Source: a virus
Lineage: Duplodnaviria > Heunggongvirae > Uroviricota > Caudoviricetes
Length of the DNA stretch: 18,910 bases
IMG/VR virus record: IMGVR_UViG_3300031227_011131
Reading direction: 5' to 3' (one strand)
Part shown: positions 1 to 7,436 of the stretch, piece after piece
How the letters are laid out: each line of letters opens with the position of its first letter
Position numbering within the stretch: the first letter of the stretch is position 1
Program-made: the position numbers and the translations under genes
Notes under the pieces: generated by a model
What the model was told of the DNA's origin: nothing
The model's input: the letters and a program-made list of their open reading frames with translations, nothing else
Databases searched by the model: none

Positions 1-783
1 ATTTTGGGGCGCAAACTGGTCAAGGTTGATTGCAACCCGTACATGACGCTTTCGAGCATTTATGGGTCAAAGACTGTCGAGGTTGATCCTGAAACTAAAC
101 AGAACAGGGTTGTTTGGCAGGACGGTCCGGTTATCAAGTCGATGCAAGAGGGTTTGGACGATGATGGCAATGAAGTTGGCGAGCCGGCCATTCTGTTTTT
201 TGATGAGGCTGCTGCTATCCCGGCAGATGTGGCCATAGCTCTGAATGGTCTGTTTGCACAGCGTCAACATCGTCGGGAAATATGTATATCGGAAGATGGC
301 AATCGCAAGGTTGTGTCGCACAGCGGCATGCGGATAGTTTGTGCTGCCAACACAATTGGTCGCGGTTTGCTTGGGTTGGGCCAGTCCGAGTATCACGCTC
401 AGGCGGACGGGCTTGACATTAGCACGCTTGACCGTATTGACGTGGTTGTTCCGATTGGTTACTCCAAGAAAGCTGAAAAAAAGCTATTGATGGAAAAGAT
501 TGGCAATGACCGCATTGTCGCCAAGATGATTCAGTTCAGGGATGGGGTTCGTGATTCCATCAAACAGGGCAAGACATTTACTCCGTTCGGTACTCGGAAG
601 CTAGTTCAGGTTGCCGACATGAGCAATGTTTTGGGCGACATTCTGAAGGCTATCTACTACGTGGTTTATACTAAGCTGATGCCGGAAGAAGTCGTCAAGT
701 ACAACGAGATAGCTTTTGCTGCCTTTGGCAAGGATATTGTCAAGGAAGTTCAGGACACGGACGGGGATATTGACTATATGTAG
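1..783 (+). CDS. MoxR/CobS-like AAA+ ATPase, C-terminal part (5' end outside window)
   Basis: Frame open from base 1. Walker B ILFFDE, sensor-1 VCAANT, Arg-finger LDISTLDRID; Walker A is upstream of the window. Followed by a terminator. Confidence 0.85.
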   Translation: MLGRKLVKVDCNPYMTLSSIYGSKTVEVDPETKQNRVVWQDGPVIKSMQEGLDDDGNEVGEPAILFFDEAAAIPADVAIALNGLFAQRQHRREICISEDGNRKVVSHSGMRIVCAANTIGRGLLGLGQSEYHAQADGLDISTLDRIDVVVPIGYSKKAEKKLLMEKIGNDRIVAKMIQFRDGVRDSIKQGKTFTPFGTRKLVQVADMSNVLGDILKAIYYVVYTKLMPEEVVKYNEIAFAAFGKDIVKEVQDTDGDIDYM

Positions 784-813
784 AGTTGTGTTCGGCGTGT
801 TCAGTTCGGGGGG

Positions 814-850
814 GGCGGGCAAGTTCTTAGGGGCTTGCCCGTCTTTTTTT
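814..850 (+). terminator. Intrinsic terminator
   Basis: ggcgggcaag (814-823) pairs with cttgcccgtc (834-843), then T7. Confidence 0.85.
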
Positions 851-867
851 AATTTGTTGCTACTCTT

Positions 868-876
868 TGATATAAT
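868..876 (+). promoter_or_regulatory. Extended -10 promoter (TGA-TATAAT)
   Basis: tgatataat directly after the terminator and upstream of ORF 930; no canonical -35. Confidence 0.65.
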
Positions 877-929
877 AGAGTTATGTGGTTTCTTTTGACG
901 GGCCATGGTTTGAGAAACAGGAAGTGGCG

Positions 930-1496
930 ATGACGCATGATCGTTACCTGATTTATTCTTTAAAAGGCAAGTGGATAGAAGCGCAGGTTCCGTTCAATCT
1001 TGGTGGAAACAAAATCAAGGGAGTTGTTACGGATGTTTTTCGAGACATCTTTGATGATACGATAAAGCTTATCATCAAGAACAGGACGTACGTATTTTCC
1101 GAGCCAGATAGGATATTTGAGATAGAGGGTGGGATTGCTTTCATTTATGGTGATGAGACAAGTGATGACCTCAAGGATGAGGATTTGTTTGTTGAATTGA
1201 GAAAAATTGCAAGCAAGGGCGGTAATGTAGACGATGCAATATCGAATCTTGAATCAACCGGGAAGAATGGAACAATTGAGTTTACAGTGAAAGGCATGGC
1301 GGATGAGAAAAGCGATATACAATGCTGCAAAAAAAGGCCAATTGAAACTTCCGAACGGGGTAACAGTAGTAAAAAAAGGAGCAACAGCAGCCCAACAAGC
1401 CCAAAGTGTAAGAAGTCAGGAACAGCGGAAAGTACAGACAAAGGAAATGGCAAGGCGAGTAAAAAGAAAAGAGATGGTAAACGTGGGAAGAAATGA
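930..1496 (+). CDS. Hypothetical protein; K/S-rich tail overlaps next ORF
   Basis: ATG 930 preceded by aggaagtgg; part of the 885-1496 ORF. The last ~65 codons may be off-frame read-through. Confidence 0.65.
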   Translation: MTHDRYLIYSLKGKWIEAQVPFNLGGNKIKGVVTDVFRDIFDDTIKLIIKNRTYVFSEPDRIFEIEGGIAFIYGDETSDDLKDEDLFVELRKIASKGGNVDDAISNLESTGKNGTIEFTVKGMADEKSDIQCCKKRPIETSERGNSSKKRSNSSPTSPKCKKSGTAESTDKGNGKASKKKRDGKRGKK

Positions 1497-1569
1497 TCGT
1501 TGTCCTTGTGGTAGTGGCAAGAAGTTCAAGAAATGTTGTGGTTCATTTTCTCAAGGAGAATTTGTATGA
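1303..1569 (+). CDS. SEC-C (SecA C-terminal Zn-binding) motif protein
   Basis: [19 protein letters not shown] is a canonical SEC-C motif. Start uncertain (1303 or 1474). Confidence 0.8.
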   Translation: MRKAIYNAAKKGQLKLPNGVTVVKKGATAAQQAQSVRSQEQRKVQTKEMARRVKRKEMVNVGRNDRCPCGSGKKFKKCCGSFSQGEFV

Positions 1570-1964
1570 ATTTTGCACCTGAAGATGCTTTTTGGATTAT
1601 GTGGCGTATGCCGAATGGTGCCAAGAACTATGGCAAAGTAACTAATCATCATTGGGACAAACTTTGTGGGTTGTGTCCTGGGGAAAATGTTATCAAGGTT
1701 TACTATCCCACAAATGCTGTCAACGTGGTTGAGCCTACAAACATTCAGGGTGCACAGCCACAGGTTCGGATGAAACTTCAACCTTTGCTTGAGATTATGG
1801 AATGTGAAAAGCATTTTCAGTACTTTAATGTGTCCATTTTTGCTGGTTGGCAGATGGTAGGCAATCCCAATTACATAAAGTTGCTTGATGATATGGTGGC
1901 AGAGTATCTTCAGCAGATGAAGGAGGCTCCTCCGAGAATGGGCAATACGATAGAACATAAATAA
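1566..1964 (+). CDS. Hypothetical protein
   Basis: SD aggag, ATG 1566 overlapping the SEC-C stop (ATGA). Confidence 0.7.
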   Translation: MNFAPEDAFWIMWRMPNGAKNYGKVTNHHWDKLCGLCPGENVIKVYYPTNAVNVVEPTNIQGAQPQVRMKLQPLLEIMECEKHFQYFNVSIFAGWQMVGNPNYIKLLDDMVAEYLQQMKEAPPRMGNTIEHK

Positions 1965-1987
1965 AAAGTAGAAAATTCTACAAGGTC

Positions 1988-1997
1988 GGTGATATAA
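1988..1997 (+). promoter_or_regulatory. GGTGATATAA promoter motif
   Basis: Same motif recurs at 5257, 10163, 12220 and 18865, each intergenic and upstream of a gene start. Confidence 0.65.
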
Positions 1998-2056
1998 GGA
2001 TAGGTAAGTTTGATTAAGTTTGATTGAGTTTGGTTTTTTGGTTGGAGGTGTTAGGA

Positions 2057-2935
2057 ATGTCTGGATTCGACCTTGTAGGTTTCAATGATGCCCATGAAGA
2101 CTATCTTGGAGTGACGTGTTGGTGGACAGTTTCGAGAAATGACATTGCCGTGGACGATGTTGTCAAGGCTTTGGCTGATTGTGGTCTTGATGAGGGTCTT
2201 GTAAAAGCCCCCACATCCAAAAGGGCTTTCACAAGGGCAGCTCGGAGTATTGACAAGGGCAGTCGAAATGTTTTCACGCGGAAGATTGTTGATGCGACAG
2301 ACCGTTCTGTTCTTGGCATTGTTCGCGAGACTCGCGATGCGTCAGAAGAAAAGCTCAGTTACAAGCAACAGGTGACTGCTTCGCTCAACAAGGAAAGTGG
2401 TCGTGTTACTACGTATACCGATGGTAATGGTGGCGAAAAAATAGCTGAGGTCATCAAAAAGCGGTATACTCATTATCGCGATGTCATCACTGATGCAGAC
2501 ATTCGGCTACTCATTCGGTCAGTCATTCGGAGCATCAATGGTGTTTCTCTTCGTCCGACTGGCGGGATTTACTTTATCCCAAAATCTCAGGTTGGTACGA
2601 TTGTCAAGCTGGATGAGTTTCTTCGTCGGCTTGGTGTTGGCGTGATGTACATTATGCGCGTGCCAGAGGGTGAGACAGAACGGGTTGTGGCTTGGGAAGG
2701 CGCGGAGATGGAAATCCGTGATCGTGTGGAGAAGATTCTGTCGGCTACTCTGCGCATTGAGAAGAGGGCCAAGTTCATCAAGAATCAGGAAGCGAAGCTT
2801 GTCGAAGTACAGCGGGTTTTTGATCTTTATCAAGAGTTGACTGGCGAAGAGGAGCGGGCAGAGAATCTTCGTGAGTACATTGAGGACGCGGGCAATCAGG
2901 TTGTTCAGAAGCTTGCGGAGATTCAAAACTTGTAG
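2057..2935 (+). CDS. DUF3150/DUF6744-like protein
   Basis: SD ggaggt, ATG 2057. LRPTGGIYFIP motif and helical C-terminus resemble this family, which often accompanies MoxR AAA/vWA genes in mobile elements. Recognised from memory. Confidence 0.55.
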   Translation: MSGFDLVGFNDAHEDYLGVTCWWTVSRNDIAVDDVVKALADCGLDEGLVKAPTSKRAFTRAARSIDKGSRNVFTRKIVDATDRSVLGIVRETRDASEEKLSYKQQVTASLNKESGRVTTYTDGNGGEKIAEVIKKRYTHYRDVITDADIRLLIRSVIRSINGVSLRPTGGIYFIPKSQVGTIVKLDEFLRRLGVGVMYIMRVPEGETERVVAWEGAEMEIRDRVEKILSATLRIEKRAKFIKNQEAKLVEVQRVFDLYQELTGEEERAENLREYIEDAGNQVVQKLAEIQNL

Positions 2936-2955
2936 GCCAAAATCGCGCACAAGTC

Positions 2956-2983
2956 AAATGGGGTCGAGTTTTCGACCCCATTT
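2956..2983 (+). terminator. Perfect 12-bp hairpin after gene end (terminator/processing stem)
   Basis: aaatggggtcga-gttt-tcgaccccattt. Confidence 0.65.
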
Positions 2984-3007
2984 ATTTCCAAAAAACCAAA
3001 AAAATGG

Positions 3008-3035
3008 TTGAAATGCTGTTTAGTAGTGGTATAAT
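3008..3035 (+). promoter_or_regulatory. Sigma70-type promoter
   Basis: TTGAAA-16 nt-TATAAT with TGG extended -10. Confidence 0.7.
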
Positions 3036-3100
3036 AAACTTGATAAGGTATGAAATGTATGGCAAGACAGCTTTGAAGGGTGTTTTTGGGACGTAGAACA

Positions 3101-3301
3101 ATGCTTAGCCGTAAACGAAGTGACAGGATGGCACTTGTGCGTCGTCGTATGGCAAAGGAAGACGTTGTTGCGGTGTTTGTTTGTAATGATGGTGAAGTGA
3201 TTGAAATTAGGTCTGATAATCTTGACTTTGATTTGCCAAAAGAGGGCGACTTGTATTCCAAGATGATTGGTGTTAGAAAATTCAGCCTACTCTGTTCTTG
3301 A
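3101..3301 (+). CDS. Small hypothetical protein (start uncertain)
   Basis: ORF 3080-3301 downstream of the promoter; ATG at 3101 or 3128. Confidence 0.5.
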   Translation: MLSRKRSDRMALVRRRMAKEDVVAVFVCNDGEVIEIRSDNLDFDLPKEGDLYSKMIGVRKFSLLCS

Positions 3302-3366
3302 TTTGCTGTCCAAATATAGGAATGCTGTGAATTACAGTATTCTGCCGAATTGTGTCAAAAAAATTG

Positions 3367-3404
3367 CCTCTACTGGGTATAATCTCAGTAGGGGCTTTGT
3401 TTTT
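3367..3404 (+). terminator. Hairpin whose loop is exactly TATAAT, followed by a T-rich tract
   Basis: gcctctactggg-TATAAT-ctcagtaggggc (12 bp, 2 G:U), then tttgtttt. Confidence 0.5.
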
Positions 3405-3417
3405 CAGGAGGTGACAA

Positions 3418-4065
3418 ATGTCGGATAAGAAGCTGATTTTGATAAGCGAAGAGCTTGATATTCGTTCAAGGGATTTGCAAAAGCGTCAAATTGAGAATGA
3501 TGTGTTACAGGCTCAAGTTGAAGAATATAAGGCCAAGATGGTTGTGGCGGCTGATATGCTCAATGTAGGCCAAGAAGCTTTGCAATTTTTGGAAGATGTT
3601 GCTAATAGTCGTCGTGGCGCGATGAAGGTCAGGATTGAGCAGATTATTACAGAATCATTGCAGTTGATTTATGGTACAGATTATGCGGTTGCGCTTACTT
3701 ATGATGTCAAGAACAATCGTAGTTTCATGGATATTGAACTTGTTCTGCAAACGAAGGACGGGGAAGTAAGGAGGACAATGAATGGTTTTGGGGGCGGTGT
3801 TTCAGATTGCATATCAGTTCCTTTGCGGTTACTTGTATTGCTTGGTTCTCGGCAGACGGATAGGGTATGTGTGTTAGATGAAAGTTATAAGCATGTAGAC
3901 CTTGAGCGAATTGAATCGGTAGCTGAGTTTTTGGCTGACATAGCTCAACGTCTTGGAATACAGATTTTGTTGTTTTCTCATCATGCTGCAATGGCAGAAG
4001 AATCAGATGCTGTATATGACATTCGTGATGAGAGTGGCAGGGCAGTACTTGAAAAGACATCATGA
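3418..4065 (+). CDS. Split SbcC/Rad50-like ABC-ATPase, C-terminal half
   Basis: SD aggaggt. Coiled-coil N-terminus, signature FGGG, Walker B VLDE, D-loop YKHVD, H-loop FSHH; no Walker A. Confidence 0.8.
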   Translation: MSDKKLILISEELDIRSRDLQKRQIENDVLQAQVEEYKAKMVVAADMLNVGQEALQFLEDVANSRRGAMKVRIEQIITESLQLIYGTDYAVALTYDVKNNRSFMDIELVLQTKDGEVRRTMNGFGGGVSDCISVPLRLLVLLGSRQTDRVCVLDESYKHVDLERIESVAEFLADIAQRLGIQILLFSHHAAMAEESDAVYDIRDESGRAVLEKTS

Positions 4066-4102
4066 AGAAAATGCAGATTTTTGTGTAAATTTTTTTTACT
4101 GC

Positions 4103-4117
4103 GGTGACATATATAAT
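4103..4117 (+). promoter_or_regulatory. Promoter for the non-coding locus
   Basis: ggtgacatatataat, a variant of the GGTGATATAA motif with TATAAT at 4112-4117. Confidence 0.6.
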
Positions 4118-4153
4118 GTAAGGAGTTCATTGACAACAGAACTTTTCGAGAGA

Positions 4154-4226
4154 ACAATCGGGGAACTCTCGCGCCATAGTATGGTGCGTGATGTAAAAGT
4201 CATCTGCGAGCGAGTCCCCCCATTGT
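4154..4226 (+). ncRNA. Unidentified structured RNA module 1
   Basis: acaat/attgt, gggga/tcccc and ctcgc/gcgag nested stems, inner gcgccat/atggtgc hairpin; preceded by cattgacaac (4128). Confidence 0.5.
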
Positions 4227-4244
4227 CCAACAACATTGACAACT

Positions 4245-4329
4245 TGGTGATGTAAGGTTGTGTGGGTAATGAGTGTCCTGCGTTGCGGTCGCCCAATCGG
4301 CCCAGAGTGGACAACCCCTTGCATCATCA
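4245..4329 (+). ncRNA. Unidentified structured RNA module 2
   Basis: 13-bp closing stem tggtgatgtaagg/ccttgcatcatca; preceded by cattgacaac (4234). Confidence 0.55.
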
Positions 4330-4356
4330 TATCTTTGACAATCGAGGAATGGTATT

Positions 4357-4457
4357 GACGACACGGCGGTAGTGGCTTGCCGAACTGTCAGACGCGGTGC
4401 GCGCTACTAAGCTACTGGTAGTGTTTAGGCTGGCGTTCTGTCAGGTTCCGTGTTGTT
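4357..4457 (+). ncRNA. Unidentified structured RNA module 3 (three-way junction)
   Basis: 10-bp closing stem gacgacacgg/ccgtgttgtt, hairpin cggtag/ttgccg, long arm ending in gcgctacta/tggtagtgt; preceded by tctttgacaat (4332). Confidence 0.55.
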
Positions 4458-4491
4458 TTTTACAGTCGAGTTCGCTTTGATAACTGAGTTT

Positions 4492-4625
4492 GGATGACAG
4501 GTGAGTGGGTTAAGAACCACCCCGACGTGCGACGTGCCGGGAGACATGTAACGCGGACCCGGCGCAGAAATGCCCGTACTGAGCGGCCATAGGGTAGAGA
4601 GACACGGCCTCTACGCCTGTCATTC
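4492..4625 (+). ncRNA. Unidentified structured RNA module 4 (multibranch)
   Basis: 12-bp closing stem ggatgacaggtg/cgcctgtcattc; internal gtgg/ccac, cccg/cggg, gca-GAAA-tgc and gtagag/ctctac; preceded by gctttgataac (4474). Confidence 0.55.
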
Positions 4626-4694
4626 TTTTCGCCCGTAAGGTTGTGGATTGAAACAAATGTGTTTGATTGTGATTGTGTAACGAAGGAGTTAGAG

Positions 4695-5228
4695 ATGGCA
4701 AAGAAAAAGATTCGTGTTGTGACGGCAAGCGATGATGGATTGGTAGCTGCGATAAATGAAGGCGCGAATAATGATGCCGAATTGAAGTCTTTGATGTACA
4801 AGGACAAGGCTTACAAGAAGCAAATTACGGCTGCAACACCCGAATTGGAAGATGGTGAAACGTCTGTGCGGCTTTTGGGGGAAAATTCAGAAGCTCTTGT
4901 AACAGTCAATACATCATTCGACATTGACACGAACGATGCAGATTTCGATACAGTCAAGGAAGCGGCGGAAGCGGGCAAACTTGACGGCATTATAGAGCGA
5001 AAGGTTGTGGCAACTATTTCCTCTGACAATTTGGCTGCCGTGAGATTGGTACTTGGTGAGGCGGAGTTTGCTCGGTTTGTTACGGTTCAAACAAATTATT
5101 CGGTTGACACGGCAGGCTATAGCGAGATGGAAGTTTCGGCTGAATCGGAAATGGAAGCTTTCAAGGAAGCTCTTGAGGGTTGCGTGAGCGAGAAAACAGT
5201 CAAGAAAGTAAAGTTCAAAAAACTTTGA
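4695..5228 (+). CDS. Acidic hypothetical protein
   Basis: SD aaggag, ATG 4695; codon usage matches the window. Confidence 0.8.
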   Translation: MAKKKIRVVTASDDGLVAAINEGANNDAELKSLMYKDKAYKKQITAATPELEDGETSVRLLGENSEALVTVNTSFDIDTNDADFDTVKEAAEAGKLDGIIERKVVATISSDNLAAVRLVLGEAEFARFVTVQTNYSVDTAGYSEMEVSAESEMEAFKEALEGCVSEKTVKKVKFKKL

Positions 5229-5256
5229 GAATAAGTAGTAAAAAAAGCATATCATG

Positions 5257-5266
5257 GGTGATATAA
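5257..5266 (+). promoter_or_regulatory. GGTGATATAA promoter motif
   Basis: Intergenic, about 60 nt before the AAA gene. Confidence 0.65.
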
Positions 5267-5325
5267 GATTGTGCGGCAAAGAACGCACTTGTATCCATTG
5301 AGCACAGTAGAACAGGAGTAAGAGT

Positions 5326-6591
5326 ATGGCTAAGAACGATGAGAAACTGAACGAAGCAAGTCAAACAATGGACGGGTGTTATGGGGTGCAGACGACTATT
5401 GAGGTCGTCACAAAGTTTCTTGACACGGTATTCAAGATGAATGCTGCTATTGAGGGTGGCGGGACAGGCAGATTTTCGTCCTGTATATGGGGGCATGCGG
5501 GAATCGGCAAAACAGATATGATAAAGTCTTTTGAGAATCACCCTGTGACATGGGGTGGAAAGGAGTATGAGGGATATAGGGTAATTGATGTCCCTATTGC
5601 CCAGTTTGAAGAGATGGGTGATTTGCACGGAATTCCAATGGATTGTGTGCGGATGACCAATAACGGTGATGAGCAGTGGGTTCCTCAGAAGGATGAGGTT
5701 GTTCGTGCTTATCGAGAGAACGATTGGAAAATTGACACAGCTTCTAAGCCACGTACATTCATGGCCCCCCCGCCTTGGGTTCCTGACAAGCCCGGTCCTT
5801 CGATTCTTTTGTTGGATGATTGGAATCGGGCATCAATCCGCATCATCAAGGGCATAATGCAGTTGCTTCAGAACTACGGCATGGTTTCATGGAGTCTGCC
5901 TCTTGGTTGCAATATCGTCCTTACGGGCAATCCTGACGAGCAGGATTATTTGGTCACTACGATTGATCAAGCCATTCTGACCAGGATTAAGCACGTCACG
6001 TTGAAAGAGGATGCGAGCGAATGGGCGGTATGGGCTGTTGCCAACAAGATTGACAATCGGCTCATAAACTGGGTTTTGGCATATCCTGAGATGATGATTG
6101 GCAAGGAGCGTACGAATCCAAGAACGCTATCGGAGTTTGGTCGTTTCTTGAATTTGGTTGGCAGTGTTGAGTCCGAGCGTGAGGAAGTTGTGCTACATGC
6201 TCATTCTTTGCTGGATGAGGAAACAGTAGCTTCTATGCTTGTGTTTTTCACTCGCGAGATGGAAGACATCGTTGAGCCGGAAGATGTTCTTGAAGGCAAA
6301 GAAAAGGCTTTCAAACACATTGAGAACTTGATGACCAAGCGCAAGGAAGCTCGTGTTGATGTCGTCGGCATCACAATGGAGCGTTTGTATGCTCACATGG
6401 TACAGCCTGATTGCAAGCAGAGTCCGAAGCGAGTTAAAAACTTTCAGCGGTTCATCACTATGGGTTGTATTCCAGAGGATATGCGCCATAGCGTTTGCCG
6501 TCGGATTGCTAAGCGTCGTGAGAACAGGTTCAATCATTGGATTATCGGTGACAAGAAACTGAAAGCCTTGATTATGGACACTTTGCGGTAA
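5326..6591 (+). CDS. MoxR-like AAA+ ATPase
   Basis: Walker A WGHAGIGKT, Walker B ILLLDDWNRA, sensor-1 LTGNP, Arg finger AILTR; SD aggag. Confidence 0.9.
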   Translation: MAKNDEKLNEASQTMDGCYGVQTTIEVVTKFLDTVFKMNAAIEGGGTGRFSSCIWGHAGIGKTDMIKSFENHPVTWGGKEYEGYRVIDVPIAQFEEMGDLHGIPMDCVRMTNNGDEQWVPQKDEVVRAYRENDWKIDTASKPRTFMAPPPWVPDKPGPSILLLDDWNRASIRIIKGIMQLLQNYGMVSWSLPLGCNIVLTGNPDEQDYLVTTIDQAILTRIKHVTLKEDASEWAVWAVANKIDNRLINWVLAYPEMMIGKERTNPRTLSEFGRFLNLVGSVESEREEVVLHAHSLLDEETVASMLVFFTREMEDIVEPEDVLEGKEKAFKHIENLMTKRKEARVDVVGITMERLYAHMVQPDCKQSPKRVKNFQRFITMGCIPEDMRHSVCRRIAKRRENRFNHWIIGDKKLKALIMDTLR

Positions 6592-6606
6592 GGGTGGTTT
6601 GGCAAG

Positions 6607-6646
6607 GGGGCGATAGGATTCTCAGAAATCCTATCGTCCCATGTTT
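6607..6646 (+). terminator. 14-bp hairpin, probable terminator
   Basis: ggggcgataggatt-ctcaga-aatcctatcgtccc; weak U-tract. Confidence 0.6.
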
Positions 6647-6662
6647 ACGAAGGACAATTGAA

Positions 6663-6935
6663 GTGAAAAAACAGATATTAGCAGCAATAACTGAGTATAT
6701 TTCTAGGCAAGAGCGTCGAAGTAATCCCCAGGGCAGTTTTGGCAATCATAAAAGGTGGCATCCTTCTGTGCAAGAAACTTGTGAATGTTGCGAGTCTGTT
6801 CGTTCTCCTTCGAGGGCATTTCCGTATTCGTTGATGCTACATTGCAGAACAGCGAAGCATGTTGCGAATTTGTATGGTGTTGATGAGAAAGAGTTACGGC
6901 GGGAAGCACGTTTTGTAAAGGTGCTAGCTGAATAG
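6663..6935 (+). CDS. Cys/His-rich hypothetical protein (CECC...RSPSRAFPYSLMLHCRT)
   Basis: GTG 6663 with SD agga. The motif resembles a conserved phage hypothetical family (from memory). Confidence 0.7.
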   Translation: MKKQILAAITEYISRQERRSNPQGSFGNHKRWHPSVQETCECCESVRSPSRAFPYSLMLHCRTAKHVANLYGVDEKELRREARFVKVLAE

Positions 6936-6970
6936 AGATTGGGTGAAATACTTGGAAAGGGGTTCGGATA

Positions 6971-7418
6971 ATGGCTGATGAGCTTCAGAATTGTCATGAT
7001 TGCGGTGCGAAGCCAGGCGAGTATCATAAGCCGGGTTGTGATGTAGAGAGATGTCCGTTTTGTGGCGGGCAATTGCTTAGTTGTTCATGTTGTTACAAAA
7101 TTGGGTTTTGATTATGACTTGAATGCTCCTTTTGTTGGCTTACCAAGGCACATTTATGACAATGGTTTGACTCCAAAATTAGAAGCACAATGGGACATTT
7201 TATTGGAACAGGAGGGCAGGCTTTCATGGACTGGTGTTTGGCCTTGTGACGCAGAGGCAATTGAATTTGGTTTTTATTGCAAGTGGCGGCCCGGTGCTGG
7301 CGGTTGGACAAGGTGTGACAAGGATGACCCCGAAGCTAGGCCAGACTTGAATCGTCTATGTGCAGAATGTGTTTGGGATAGAGAAAAGAAACGAATGGTA
7401 TTACGTGATAGCAAGTAA
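6971..7418 (+). pseudogene. Zn-finger phage protein ([21 protein letters not shown] ... DLNRL) with +1 frameshift at A4 run 7097-7100
   Basis: ATG 6971 frame encodes the Cys-rich N-terminus and stops at 7111. The C-terminal part lies in the 7062-7418 frame; skipping one A gives [12 protein letters not shown]. Confidence 0.7.
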
Positions 7419-7436
7419 TTGAAGGGGCTTTGTGAT

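Noticed and set aside
4128-4494. The TTGACA/TTGATA-containing motifs as -35 promoter boxes, or as a CRISPR/TIGR array
   Set aside because: No proper -10 at 16-18 nt for three of the four. The repeats are only about 10 nt, with 100-140 nt structured intervals, no box C/D periodicity and no cas/tas gene seen.
4357-4625. SRP RNA (ctgtcaggttccg) or 5S rRNA (gaaccacccc) identity for modules 3 and 4
   Set aside because: The SRP GGAAGGAAGCAG motif is absent, and the 5S loop and helix pattern does not continue beyond a few bases.
4695-5228. Gam-like nuclease inhibitor call for the acidic protein
   Set aside because: No recognisable motif; the impression rests on composition only.
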